Made by a program: the position numbers and the translations under genes. From Octopus bimaculoides (lineage: Eukaryota), in contig NC_068983.1 of the NCBI RefSeq assembly GCF_001194135.2, positions 96,405,232 through 96,451,941 of the forward strand: a stretch of 46,710 nt of DNA. Reading direction: 5' to 3'. The notes under the pieces are model-generated. The model was not told the DNA's origin and did no database searches. It was given only the letters and a program-made list of their open reading frames with translations. Of the stretch, positions 24,166 to 36,324 are shown piece after piece (the stretch's first letter is position 1; the number at the start of each line of letters is the position of its first letter).

Positions 24166-25089
24166 ATGATTTACATTCAGAATCAATATCTTTGATGCCT
24201 GATCAGCAGCGATGGAAATAATAGGTATGGTAAATGGTTGATAGTATTCTTTTTAAAAATATGCTTTATAATAAAAAGCTTGACAGTTTTTTTAAGTATC
24301 CAAAAGCCCTCTTTTAAATGGAACTGCACGAGAATTTTCTGTTGACATTTACATCAAAATATGTGCGTTTAATAATTCCAGTTACGATTTGGATAGCAGG
24401 ATTAAGTCATGGATTTTACAAGTAAGAAACGACTTTGTTGTGTCGACGCCACCAGTCGAAGAAGTAGGATCTCCCAAGACATAATTAGAGGTAGTCTGGC
24501 CGTGGTAGGGTGTTGAGTAGCAGTCGAGTAGCAGTTGTGTAGCGGTTGAGTAGAGATCATCCGAAGGTGCTAGATAGCAGTAGCTTGAGACATAACAGTC
24601 TTAAAAGAAATACCTTGAAACTCAGTGCTGATTTGGATATAAATAAGAGCAAATTGTTTTTCTTCGAGAAGTAGGTACAAAATAATTTGAAATCTACAAA
24701 CTATTGAAGATGTAGATGATTGCTATTTCTGTACCTACGCCTGTGAGATTAGCTGTACATTTCTAGAAAACTAAACCTACTATAAGGAAGAAAGAATATA
24801 GCAAGCCTAGAAATACTACGAATACAGATGTAAGAAAACTAAAATTTTCAGTTTTTCAGGAAGAGAACGAGTGTAGCAAACGTCTCCAGAAATCCATTCT
24901 ATGAACATTGAAAGATACTGGCAAACAAAGGTTTCTTAATGCATATAAAAGACTTGTTAAGAAACTTTTGTTTGCCAGGATAAACATTAAGAACAGAGAA
25001 ATTTTTGACAAAGTATAGTAACTGTGATTCAAACTTGCTTCATATAGCTCTCTGGAGTGATAGTTCATGATTTGAGCTTTGTAGTGGGG

Positions 25090-25565
25090 AAGTGTGAACC
25101 ACAATCCTGATTTTTTTCAACTACAGTAAGATATGAAGGAAATGGAATCATGGTTTGGTATAAGTGTGAACCACAATCCTGATTTTTTTCAACTACAGTA
25201 AGATATGAAGGAAATGGAATCATGGTTTGGTATAAGTGTGAACCACAATCCTGATTTTTTTCAACTACAGTAAGATATGAAGGAAATGNNNNNNNNNNNN
25301 NNNNNNNNNNNNNNNNNNNNNNNNNNNNNNNNNNNNNNNNNNNNNNNNNNNNNNNNNNNNNNNNNNNNNNNNNNNNNNNNNNNNNNNNNNNNNNNNNNNN
25401 NNNNNNNNNNNNNNNNNNNNGAAGTGTGAACCACAATCCTGATTTTTTTCAACTACAGTAAGATATGAAGGAAATGGAATCATGGTTTGGTATAAGTGTG
25501 AACCACAATCCTGATTTTTTTCAACTACAGTAAGATATGAAGGAAATGGAATCATGGTTTGGTAT
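25090..25565. repeat. 72-bp perfect tandem repeat (minisatellite) spanning a gap
   Basis: Unit aagtgtgaaccacaatcctgatttttttcaactacagtaagatatgaaggaaatggaatcatggtttggtat starts at 25090, 25162, 25234 (partial), 25422 and 25494. All copies are identical. Confidence 0.95.
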
Positions 25566-26224
25566 AATTTTTATCTGCAAATGTTGATGTATTGAAAAGG
25601 TACGAACAGACAAAACCTTGAAATACTTCGAACTGTTAGGGAGAGTGTTGCTTCACAGTTTGCAAAAATTATATCCTGGAGACAAAAACTCACCAAAATC
25701 AAATCAAAAGAAGTTATTTTTCATCAAATCAGTGCTACAGCCCGTAGGTAAAAGTTGCAATAAAATGATCAGAGAACAACACCAAAAACTATGCTCAAGC
25801 CAGATCAGATCAGATCAGATATTGAAATCTGATAAAGCATTGTTATGCATTTATTAAGCACAAATTTACGCAACACTTAATATACAGTAATTTCCAAAGA
25901 CTATCACGAAATCTACAAACGGCTCTTCCTTGAAATTACAAGTTTTCTCCTTGAATATATAGTTCCTGCATCGATGTTATACAATTCAAGCGGAACTTAA
26001 CGACATCAATCTCACCGGCTTACCCAAATGTATTCTCTATGGAATTCAAATCTGTACTTGAATCTTCCAGAACAAAAATTTCAGTAAGTTTTTCGCAGAC
26101 CATTTTTTCCAACTTCCCACTATGGGTAACATCACTATCAGGTTAAAAAATTACCTGTTTTTTTTTTCCTTTTTTTTCCCCCACGATATGAACTTTGCTT
26201 GCTGGAAAGTGATCTGTTTTATTC

Positions 26225-26440
26225 GTGTGAAAAAACGGATAAGGCAAGATCCACCATTAAACATGCTTTACAATTGTTGAAATACACTCAGAGTTGCATC
26301 CACACACCATCTCGTAAAAATAAACAGCAAACTCTGATCAACTTTGGAAGGCTGCGAAATATGAATGGAAGAATAATAACATTACTCGGTGGGGAAAACT
26401 ATCTGATAGGTTGCTCACAAGGCTAAGAAAGCTAAGAATA
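26225..26440 (+). mobile_element. Possible highly decayed Tc1-like transposase C-terminus
   Basis: IKHALQLLKY...KNKQQ and DQLWKAAKYEWK...RLLTRL weakly recall the Tc1 IEH(A/L)..LLK...TNKQQL motif; weak. Confidence 0.3.
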
Positions 26441-26628
26441 CGATTTTTCCCGTATTAGTTTGAAGAAGTTTTTGTCAACATAATTTTATACAATTTTGTT
26501 TTTATGGATACTCAGTGTATAGCAAAATGATTTTCAAAAAATTGTTTAAAGTTTGATGTATCCCATCTTCCAGAGAAGAGTGAGAGTGTTTATATACATA
26601 CTATCATATATACACACTTGTATGTGTG

Positions 26629-26661
<33 letters not shown>

Positions 26662-29061
26662 TTGTATGTATGTATGTATGTAATGTATATATGTATGTGT
26701 GTGTGCGCGCGCGTATGTATATAGTGCATATATATTAGTTTCATTATTTCAAAATATGTACTGACAGGGACTTTCACATAGTTTCCTCATTTAAAAGGTG
26801 ATTGTAATTTCCGCTGGGTATACATTAAATACTCCCCTTTCTACCATCAACACAGAACTCTTAATGTGAAGACCTAACACTTTTAATTTACGAAGGGAAA
26901 CGTGTAAGATATTAAGGTTGGTTTATATCATTTTAAGAGTGATAAGCAGATTGCTTGATAGCCTTTGGAGAATTCCTGTAAGTTACGCTTTTAAACGTTG
27001 TCGTAATCTATCACTCAGAACAACGCAGTTCTTAGAAGTACACAACTTGACCTTTTGCTTGTTGATCGTTATAAATCATTGCCTCATCTGAGTGAGATTG
27101 CATATAGAATCAGATTATGAACATATACTACATATATTCCACCATTTCTCCGCTCTTGCATATTTTTTTAAATATTGATCTTAGCTTCTTACACCACATA
27201 GAATCTCAACTCTTAGCCACATTTTCACGTGTTTGAGAAACTTGATATTTGTGCAGCTTTTTTTTTATCGACTAAATTCTGTTTTTCTTTCAATGTGTGT
27301 GTTTCTATGTAACTGCATGCATCTTTTTTGTATGCTGAATTTTATAGCTCACCAACCACAGTAAAAGACTTTATCATTTTTTATTTTTGAAGTTCAATTA
27401 GTAATAATAATTGTGTTCATAAATCTTTCTGTATTAGATATATTTTCTGCATTCCCTGCTTTTAATCTGGATTATATAATCCCTTTATCTTTGAACTGAA
27501 AAGCAAAAAAGAATTGAATATTTTTTGGGAATATTTTATTAAATATAATACACAGATAATGCAGAAGTTATAAAAGCATCCTCTCTTACTGATAAAATAA
27601 AAAATATACATTCTAATGGTGTTTTAAAACAGAAACACTTGTTTGGATTGTGGTAGATGACAAGGAAACATATTGAATTGGTATTATTCTTAATTATTCT
27701 ACAACTCTTTAATATCAGTAAGACTAATATTGAATGTATTCCATGAAACCTCTCATTCTACTGCAGTTCAAAATAGTAATTTACTGAGAAATTACGTAGC
27801 CTATATCGGATAATTGCTTTTTAACTCTTTGCAAAAATTGATAATACAATCAGGCTTTTAATCAGTCACTGACCGAAATCAATGTTGACGCCAAGCAAGT
27901 ATGAAATGTTTCATTAGAATGATGTTGGTCTTCCAGTGTCTATGCCACCAAGATTTCAATAAACTTTTATTTATTCTATCACTGCAACAGTGTCGTGGTA
28001 ATTCAGCAGAATACGTGCAACAGTTGATTCTACGATTTACTTTCGTTCTTTTAATATCTGCCAATCACGAAGCAGTCTTGGTCTTGCATTCCTCCGGTGC
28101 CAGCATAACAAACGGTAGGCACGTATTGGGATCGCTTCAATCCCCTATAACCTTACCTTACAAGTAATAGTGATCTTAGATTATATATCTTTCATTTTAT
28201 AAAAAGTACGGCTTATCATATTTTAGTAGTTGTTCAAGAACAACTTCATTATGAGGGGCCATTAGCTGGAGTTACTTTAAACACTATCTAATTTAATTGA
28301 AAAATCGTTGATAAAGAAGAAGGTCTATCAGGATAATATTTGTAAGGGCGGAGATAATTATACAAAATACTTGGGGAATTTAGTGTTTGAAGATGTAATG
28401 ATGTGTTGGAAACAGAAGAAACCAGTTATAAGTAATAGTGAAAGGAATAGTGAAAGGTATTTGAAGCAGTAAACAACTATTTCAGTTTGTGTGAAATACT
28501 GAAATATTAGAAAAATTCAAAATATTCAATTTAGATAGATAATGAGCGCATTAGCTTTTTTATGGTTATGTAATGAATACGATAAATTTTATCAAAATTT
28601 AGATGCTCATAGATTTTCTAAAAAGTGAGGTAGTAGTGAAAAGAGAAAAGGGACAGGTGTCAGAGAGAGATGAAAAAAGAAAGTGTATCACTAGGCACTT
28701 CCGGAAGATCCAGATATAGAGATACATTTGAATTCAAAAGTATGTAGTGAAAAATAATAAGACGAAATCAGATGGAATGTAAAGGCGCTAGATTGACATC
28801 ATAGTTTATATTTATGTAGTCTTAATTTTGTATATGTCAAATTAAAATATCAACAAGTGGTGCTTTCTTGTAAATTTGAAGGATGTAGCTGACGCAGTTA
28901 GGAAATCATGTTTATGAGTGACCCAACTACTGTCTATTTAACACATTCTAATTAGCAGACACTTGCAAATTTTTATCATCTCTATTATCTTCTGTAGTTT
29001 ATTTACCTTCTCAGGTTGTTCTGCAAATTTAACATAGCATTAACAGTCTGAAATTTTGAAT

Positions 29062-30312
29062 TTAACTTTCCAAAGGTTCCCGCGGAATCACCAAAATCTG
29101 ACTATTAGCAGAGCACCATATCTGAACATTTGAGGAATCAGGACGTTGATTATTTTGAAAAGTGCTGCAAACTGTATCCTCGGCATCATTTCTAAGTCTA
29201 TCTAGATTACGGAAATTTCTCCAAGGAGAACTTCGCGAAGAATTTGAGGTTTTGCACTTTTCGAATTTGATACGAACGACTCGGTTACGAAATTTCCAGT
29301 GTCTCCACATGTTCCTCTGAAAACGCAAAGCTGTTATAAGCCAAAAAATATAGAGAAATATTACAAAAACTGCAAATAGTATAAGTCCTATGACTTCCAT
29401 TGAGGCCTTCCAATCTAAAAGAGCAGCAGTTGCGATAACAAGACTTACACTTGCTAAAGTTAGGGGTGTTACTAAAATAAAACATAAAATGTCACAGAAA
29501 AGCAAGTTCTTTACATATCGGTTTCCAGGACATAAGATGAATTCTGAGAAAGATTTAGATTGTTCTGTGAACTCAAACTGGTATCCGCATAATTCACATT
29601 TTGTTCTTCCAGTGCAACTTAGCCAGTGTTCGAGACATTTTATGTGCACTTGACCTTGCGTTCCCTTACAATAGCATGGAGATAACAGTTGTCCTGCGCT
29701 GCTACTACCGTGACAGATCCGGCAACATGGTGTGTCATCTTTAGATCGATCACCATCAGAAGATGTACTGAGAGATATATTGTCACAATGTCCCGTTTTT
29801 ATAGATTGAAAATCTGTATGGACATACTCAGATAGCTCTTCTCTCTCACCAAACGGAACAACTGAAATTGATTTATCTTTGACATTAGGTGCAGTACCTG
29901 AAAGCTTTTCTGCATCTTCTAAGTGCGGATGGTATTTGACAACAAAGTTGTTTTTGATATCTATTTCTGAAGTGTTAGTGTCTTTTGTCAAAGAAGATGC
30001 GGTAATAACATCCTGATTATCAGTCATTACAGGAGATGTTGGTTCTATGTTAATAATAAGTTGCTCTTTGCCATCTGACAAAGCTTCTTGTGATTCATTT
30101 ACTGTAGTTATTACATCTTGTATTGTGTTTCTTCTTGAGGTGTGAGGAGAAAATATCATTTCTGGTGGTAATGTGGGAAAACTTCGCACTTCGCTCCCGA
30201 CGTCTTGATCGATGAAATTTTCTACTGTGTTCAATGCTGTAATATTTGATCTACTTTCATCTCTTGAATATTCATATTGTAATTGTAACGTGACATTTCC
30301 TTGATGATTCAT
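29062..30312 (-). CDS. MARCHF2/3: E3 ubiquitin-protein ligase MARCH2/3-like (RING-CH/RINGv plus two TM helices), single-exon CDS, 416 aa from the first ATG
   Basis: Intact C4HC3 motif CRIC-x12-CYC-x7-H-x2-C-x12-CELC (29587-29724). It is followed by LLFCDILCFILVTPL (TM1) and EVIGLILFAVFVIFLYIFWL (TM2), then W..W..N..VRIK, matching the MARCH2/3 pattern. The ORF-track start 30333 is a TTG; the first ATG is 30312. AATAAA lies ~60 nt after the stop (28998-29003, minus). Confidence 0.92.
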   Translation of the reverse strand: MNHQGNVTLQLQYEYSRDESRSNITALNTVENFIDQDVGSEVRSFPTLPPEMIFSPHTSRRNTIQDVITTVNESQEALSDGKEQLIINIEPTSPVMTDNQDVITASSLTKDTNTSEIDIKNNFVVKYHPHLEDAEKLSGTAPNVKDKSISVVPFGEREELSEYVHTDFQSIKTGHCDNISLSTSSDGDRSKDDTPCCRICHGSSSAGQLLSPCYCKGTQGQVHIKCLEHWLSCTGRTKCELCGYQFEFTEQSKSFSEFILCPGNRYVKNLLFCDILCFILVTPLTLASVSLVIATAALLDWKASMEVIGLILFAVFVIFLYIFWLITALRFQRNMWRHWKFRNRVVRIKFEKCKTSNSSRSSPWRNFRNLDRLRNDAEDTVCSTFQNNQRPDSSNVQIWCSANSQILVIPREPLES

Positions 30313-30333
30313 ACTCACTGTTGAAAGGATCAA

Positions 30334-30540
30334 CCTGGAGATATTAATAGAAGTTTATTGAAAAGATTTCTTTTAAAATACCTTTTCGCTTCGGTTTGAA
30401 AGTAATATATTTTGAGTGGAGATACAAAAGTTTGAGAGAGAAGAGGAGAGAAAAGTTTAAAGAAGGAGGGGAAAGGAGAGGATGAAAATTAAACAGGAAG
30501 AGGAAGAACTCGCCATGTCTACAGAATTATGACGTGGGAA
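30334..30540 (-). promoter_or_regulatory. Candidate 5' region of the MARCH gene: splice acceptor, pyrimidine tract, short uORF and bZIP/YY1-like motifs
   Basis: Minus strand ttaatatctccag|G (AG at 30336-30335). uORF MASSSSSCLIFILSFPLLL* at 30516-30457. Plus strand CGCCATGT at 30511 and TGACGTGG at 30530. Motif matches only. Confidence 0.3.
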
Positions 30541-30605
30541 ATATATGTATATTACTCATAAATAACGTCATATATGCAATTATATTTGGACAATAAAATA
30601 TATTG

Positions 30606-30880
30606 TACTAAACGGTAATTAGAGGATATTTAGACGATGCTTGGACGATATTAAAGTGATACTGGTTTGGCATGAGGACGATATTTGGACGGTAATTCGA
30701 CTTCACTGAGACGATACTTAAACGATACCTGAACGATATTAGGACGTAATTTGGACGATATTTGAACAATATTTAAGTGATACTGGGAGGACGTGACGTG
30801 AACGTTATTTGGAAGTAACTGGCTCTATATCGAGGGAATACTGGGACGATATTTTGCCAATATACGGAATACATTTCGAT
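30606..30880. repeat. Degenerate 11-bp tandem array (consensus ~TTTGGACGATA)
   Basis: Units such as tttagacgatg, cttggacgata, tgaggacgata, tttggacggta, ctgagacgata, cttaaacgata, cctgaacgata, tttggacgata, tttgaacaata, tttaagtgata and ctgggacgata. Confidence 0.8.
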
Positions 30881-31679
30881 GTTAGTAGAATTAGGACATT
30901 TTTTCCAAATGCAGGACATTTCTTCCAACTCTTACGACTGTGTTCGTTCGCCGTCCTCACATTGGTAATAATATAATCGAGCTTTACGCACACTTGTGGT
31001 CAATTATCATTCACTCCTCATCTTAATGTTCATTATTTTAATCGTTAGACAAAGTCTTGTAGACTTAACGCGGCTCCCGATTAAACACCAATGCATGTTT
31101 CTTGGCTGCTCTTCGTAGGATTCAGTCTTTTGCAAGTATTCGGAACAGATATGGATTTCCAGACCATTTCTACCGGGGACATCGAAGAAGTTCAGATTGA
31201 AATCAATAGCATCGTTTAGGAGAGTGTCCTGAAATTTTTAAGGTTATCGCACTTTCTTTCTTTAATACTCTATAGGAACAAGGACAGCATACATCTCGGC
31301 ATGCGACGCCATATACCGGATTGTGGTGTGTATTCAATGATTAAACGGTTGAGAATAAAGCGCAGATATACGGTTTGGCATGTTAAAAGCTTTGGCGAGA
31401 AAGCAAAAGAAATTCTTAGCGTAAAAAATTACAACTTATTCCATGTGAGAATCTGATATGCGAATTTTATGGAAGTTGATATGAATCAATTACTTGAAGA
31501 CAATTCTGAAATCCACATAATGTAAAGGTCACACTATCATTGTTTTCCTTCTATCACTTACCTTTTGAAATGAAACGAAATAGCATCAGTATTTACACAT
31601 ACGTATGTATGTACGTATGTACGTATGTATGTATGTATGTATGTATGTATGTATGTATGTATGTATGTATGTATGTATG

Positions 31680-31746
<67 letters not shown>

Positions 31747-31797
31747 GAATGAATAAGCATATGGGTATTTGTATGTATATATACATGTATATATATA

Positions 31798-31844
<47 letters not shown>

Positions 31845-31927
31845 CACGCACACGCATACNNNNNNNNNNNNNNNNNNNNNNNNNNNNNNNNNNNNNNNNN
31901 NNNNNNNNNNNNNNNNNNNNNNNNNNN

Positions 31928-31974
<47 letters not shown>

Positions 31975-32536
31975 TAATGCACCATCAAACTTACTAGAAA
32001 CTTGACACAGATAGAGACAGACAATCATTTTGCTGCCATCACAAGTGTCAACTTCTATTTAGAACAGAAATAAATAAAATACATAATAAAAACATAAAAG
32101 GTAAAAAGAAAAAGAAAAAAAAAACAGAAAGATAAAATTTTCATCCTTTCCATATTCTAACGACGTTGTGGACACAGCCTTGTCTTTATGGAAACCGATA
32201 CTTAATGATGAACGTACCAACCTTTGTGACCATAATAACAAATACTAAAAATAAAAAAATTAAAAATAACGTTTCTACGGTCTTATTTTTTGTATTTTTA
32301 TATTTCATTTATTTATTTATTTTATTTTCATTTTTTTTTTCATTTCAACATCTAAGTCTTCCAATCATTGACAGGTCACTTCTGCAAGAATTGTATGTAA
32401 GTGTCCAATGTAATTTATAACTCAGAGCGCCTATGTAACGACTTCGCTGCTATGTAGATCAGATTTTTTGGCAGAAAAATCTTTCTATATTTATTACAAA
32501 GAAGAAACAACAGGAGTCATATGCACACACACACGA

Positions 32537-32593
<57 letters not shown>

Positions 32594-33273
32594 CATATAT
32601 GTGTCTGTGTGTGCTTGTGTGTTTGTGTGTTTGAGTGTGTGTGTGCGGCTGCGTGTATACATATTCAGATGCATATACCTACCCATATATATATGTATAT
32701 GTATGCATGTATGTATGTGTATATATACATATTAACATAACAAACATCAGAAAAAAAGCTATTTAATATGTTACAGTGCACATTTTCAATTTGCAAACTG
32801 GATTTTATTGGAAATGGCACTAATTCTTTATTTTAAATCCAATCCGCTTCGTATTACTTACTGTTTTGTTTAGCTTATTGTTCTTAGTTCTGATTTTCGA
32901 TTTCTGTGCTTTTTATTTTATTTTTTCCAATCTCTCATTTTCCTTTTTCGTTTCATTTTGTATGAATTTATTAATATTATTTTTTCTTTTCACTTCAGAA
33001 AGTTAATCCTGAAAAGAATAAAAAACAAAGAAAAAAAAAGAAAAAAAAAACTATAAAAAAATCTCGTATTTTAATAGAAAGGCAATAAAAAAAATGGTTA
33101 TTAACATTAGCAAGATGAAGAAAAAAATATAAATAACAGCATCTAAATTAAACACCAAAAGAGAGGAATATATAATAATACAAGAGTAAATGAAAAGTAA
33201 TCAAACAATAATAGTTGGAACAGGAGTAAGGAAGTAGGAAATTAGTAGGATCGCCTGTCATACAAACACACAC

Positions 33274-33304
<31 letters not shown>

Positions 33305-33387
33305 NNNNNNNNNNNNNNNNNNNNNNNNNNNNNNNNNNNNNNNNNNNNNNNNNNNNNNNNNNNNNNNNNNNNNNNNNNNNNNNNNNC

Positions 33388-33510
33388 TAGTAGTACTTAT
33401 TGCATCGGTTTCTTAGTGCCGAACTGCATCGGTTGTCAAGCGATGGTGGGGGGGACAAACACAGACACAGACACACAAACATACACAGACACACAAACAT
33501 ACACACACAT

Positions 33511-33554
<44 letters not shown>

Positions 33555-33664
33555 GACCGGCTTCTTTCAGTTTCCGTCTACCGAATTCACTCACAAGGCT
33601 TTGGTCAGCCTGAGGCTATAGTAGAAGACACTTGCCCAAGGTGCCATGCAGTGGGACTGAAACC

Positions 33665-33666
<2 letters not shown>
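33388..33666 (-). mobile_element. SINE family A copy
   Basis: Reverse complement contains tttcagtcccactgcatggcaccttgggcaagtgtcttctactatagcctcagg...aaagccttgtgagtgaattcggtagacggaaactgaaagaagcc plus a (TG)n tract. Confidence 0.85.
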
Positions 33667-33707
<41 letters not shown>

Positions 33708-34027
33708 GAGAGACAGAGAGACAGAGAGAGACAGAGAGAGAGACGCAAACACACACACTAATGTACATATACATATATATATGTACGTATGTATGTGTCT
33801 GTGTGTATATATTGTTATACATATAGATGGTCGTAGTTTTCCATTTAAACACACGCACTATATCTATTTGATCTTGATTTCAGCTTTATTATTACAATTA
33901 TTATTAGTTTAGTTTTTTTCAAAGCCCTTTCTTCACACACCCTGTGATCTCCTCAGCGACTCTCAATCCAACGTGTCTCCTCTTGTTCGGTTTGTTCCAT
34001 TTTGTCTTGCAAAACAGATACATAAAC

Positions 34028-34066
<39 letters not shown>

Positions 34067-34973
34067 CAGATATAATATATATATATATAAATACATATAT
34101 ATATATACGCTCAAGTATAAACATATATACATATATATATGTTAATACTTGAGCGCCCTGGAATCTGGTGATTTCATTAGTTGAAAGAAATGTACATCGT
34201 AAACCTAGAGTATTCGAGAAAATCCAAGTGGAATTACTCAAAATCTGCTCGATGAAGCGCCTACATAGGTTGTTGCTGAAGAAATTCAACTATATAATAA
34301 TTATAAGGAGTGCTTCTATAACGTTATATGAATAGGAACTCAGCAACTTAATACTGGTGTATGGCGCATAAACAAATGCTGTGTCTTCTAGTAGGGCCCG
34401 ATATTCTTGAGTGTGTGAGTGTAAGTGTGTGTGTGCGTGTATGTGTGTGTGTATGTGTGTGTGTGTGTGTGCGCGTGCGTGTGTGTGTGTGCGTGTGTAT
34501 GTACATGCACACAAGCTTGCAAATATAAATATATGTACGCCTACATATAATACGTTGATATAGTCATAAGCCAAAGCGGTATCCGTATGAGGCACGTTCC
34601 CGAAATTGTACGTAGATGTTATAAATTGTGTGAGGCATGCATAAGAGTTGAAAAATATTGGAAAATTCAGTAATTACATATCAGGACATAAGATTAGAAA
34701 AATCATTTTTGTATTATTTATTCACTACTACACGTGTTTCATTTGGTAATAGAAATTACAAAATTGTACATGTAAGAAAAATATGTAAGATATCTGCTAC
34801 TAGAAATTCTTCAGAGAAAGAGTCAAATAATGCAAAATTTGCATTTGTGGGTAGCTTTCATTTGGAGTTAGTAATCAAGATTCCTGTACATAGAGGGGCG
34901 AATAAAGAAAAATAGTAATAAAATATAAAAGAGGAAGAGAGCTGGAGATGGATATAACACACACCTTTAAATT

Positions 34974-35007
<34 letters not shown>

Positions 35008-35029
35008 TGTATGTATCTATATCTATCTA

Positions 35030-35112
<83 letters not shown>

Positions 35113-36040
35113 NNNNNNNNNNNNNNNNNNNNNNNNNNNNNNNNNNNNNNNNNNNNNNNNNNNNNNNNNNNNNNNNNNNNNNNNNNNNNNNNNNNNNNNN
35201 NNNNNNNNNNNNNNNNNNNNNNNNNNNNNNNNNNNNNNNNNNNNNNNNNNNNNNNNNNNNNNNNNNNNNNNNNNNNNNNNNNNNNNNNNNNNNNNNNNNN
35301 NNNNNNNNNNNNNNNNNNNNNNNNNNNNNNNNNNNNNNNNNNNNNNNNNNNNNNNNNNNNNNNNNNNNNNNNNNNNNNNNNNNNNNNNNNNNNNNNNNNN
35401 NNNNNNNNNNNNNNNNNNNNNNNNNNNNNNNNNNNNNNNNNNNNNNNNNNNNNNNNNNNNNNNNNNNNNNNNNNNNNNNNNNNNNNNNNNNNNNNNNNNN
35501 NNNNNNNNNNNNNNNNNNNNNNNNNNNNNNNNNNNNNNNNNNNNNNNNNNNNNNNNNNNNNNNNNNNNNNNNNNNNNNNNNNNNNNNNNNNNNNNNNNNN
35601 NNNNNNNNNNNNNNNNNNNNNNNNNNNNNNNNNNNNNNNNNNNNNNNNNNNNNNNNNNNNNNNNNNNNNNNNNNNNNNNNNNNNNNNNNNNNNNNNNNNN
35701 NNNNNNNNNNNNNNNNNNNNNNNNNNNNNNNNNNNNNNNNNNNNNNNNNNNNNNNNNNNNNNNNNNNNNNNNNNNNNNNNNNNNNNNNNNNNNNNNNNNN
35801 NNNNNNNNNNNNNNNNNNNNNNNNNNNNNNNNNNNNNNNNNNNNNNNNNNNNNNNNNNNNNNNNNNNNNNNNNNNNNNNNNNNNNNNNNNNNNNNNNNNN
35901 NNNNNNNNNNNNNNNNNNNNNNNNNNNNNNNNNNNNNNNNNNNNNNNNNNNNNNNNNNNNNNNNNNNNNNNNNNNNNNNNNNNNNNNNNNNNNNNNNNNN
36001 NNNNNNNNNNNNNNNCCATCTCTCTCTCTCTCTCTCTCTC

Positions 36041-36086
<46 letters not shown>

Positions 36087-36119
36087 CACATACGTATATA
36101 CATACGTACGTAAATACAT

Positions 36120-36163
<44 letters not shown>

Positions 36164-36324
36164 GCATGCATGCATGTATGTATGTATGTATGTATATATG
36201 CTTTAAATGATATTGAGCACGTCTACTTTGGTGAGTATAACTTTGACCTAGAGGAATTGATGTCATCAGACGGTATCAGTGGTTGTTTCAAAGTTGAGTC
36301 GTAACACCCTTCCAATTCAGAAGT

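Noticed and set aside
23943-24186. Poly-Asp and poly-Met ORFs
   Set aside because: (ATC)n microsatellite with no flanking coding signal.
25090-25565. CRISPR-like or tRNA-sized repeat array
   Set aside because: Units are contiguous with no unique spacers, have no cloverleaf or A/B boxes, and the DNA is eukaryotic.
31276-31460. Strong plus-strand acceptor followed by a ~60-codon open frame; another frame has YISACDAIYRI, resembling a Helitron motif
   Set aside because: No other Helitron motifs or hairpin/CTAG end nearby and no recognisable protein; the similarity is too short to support.
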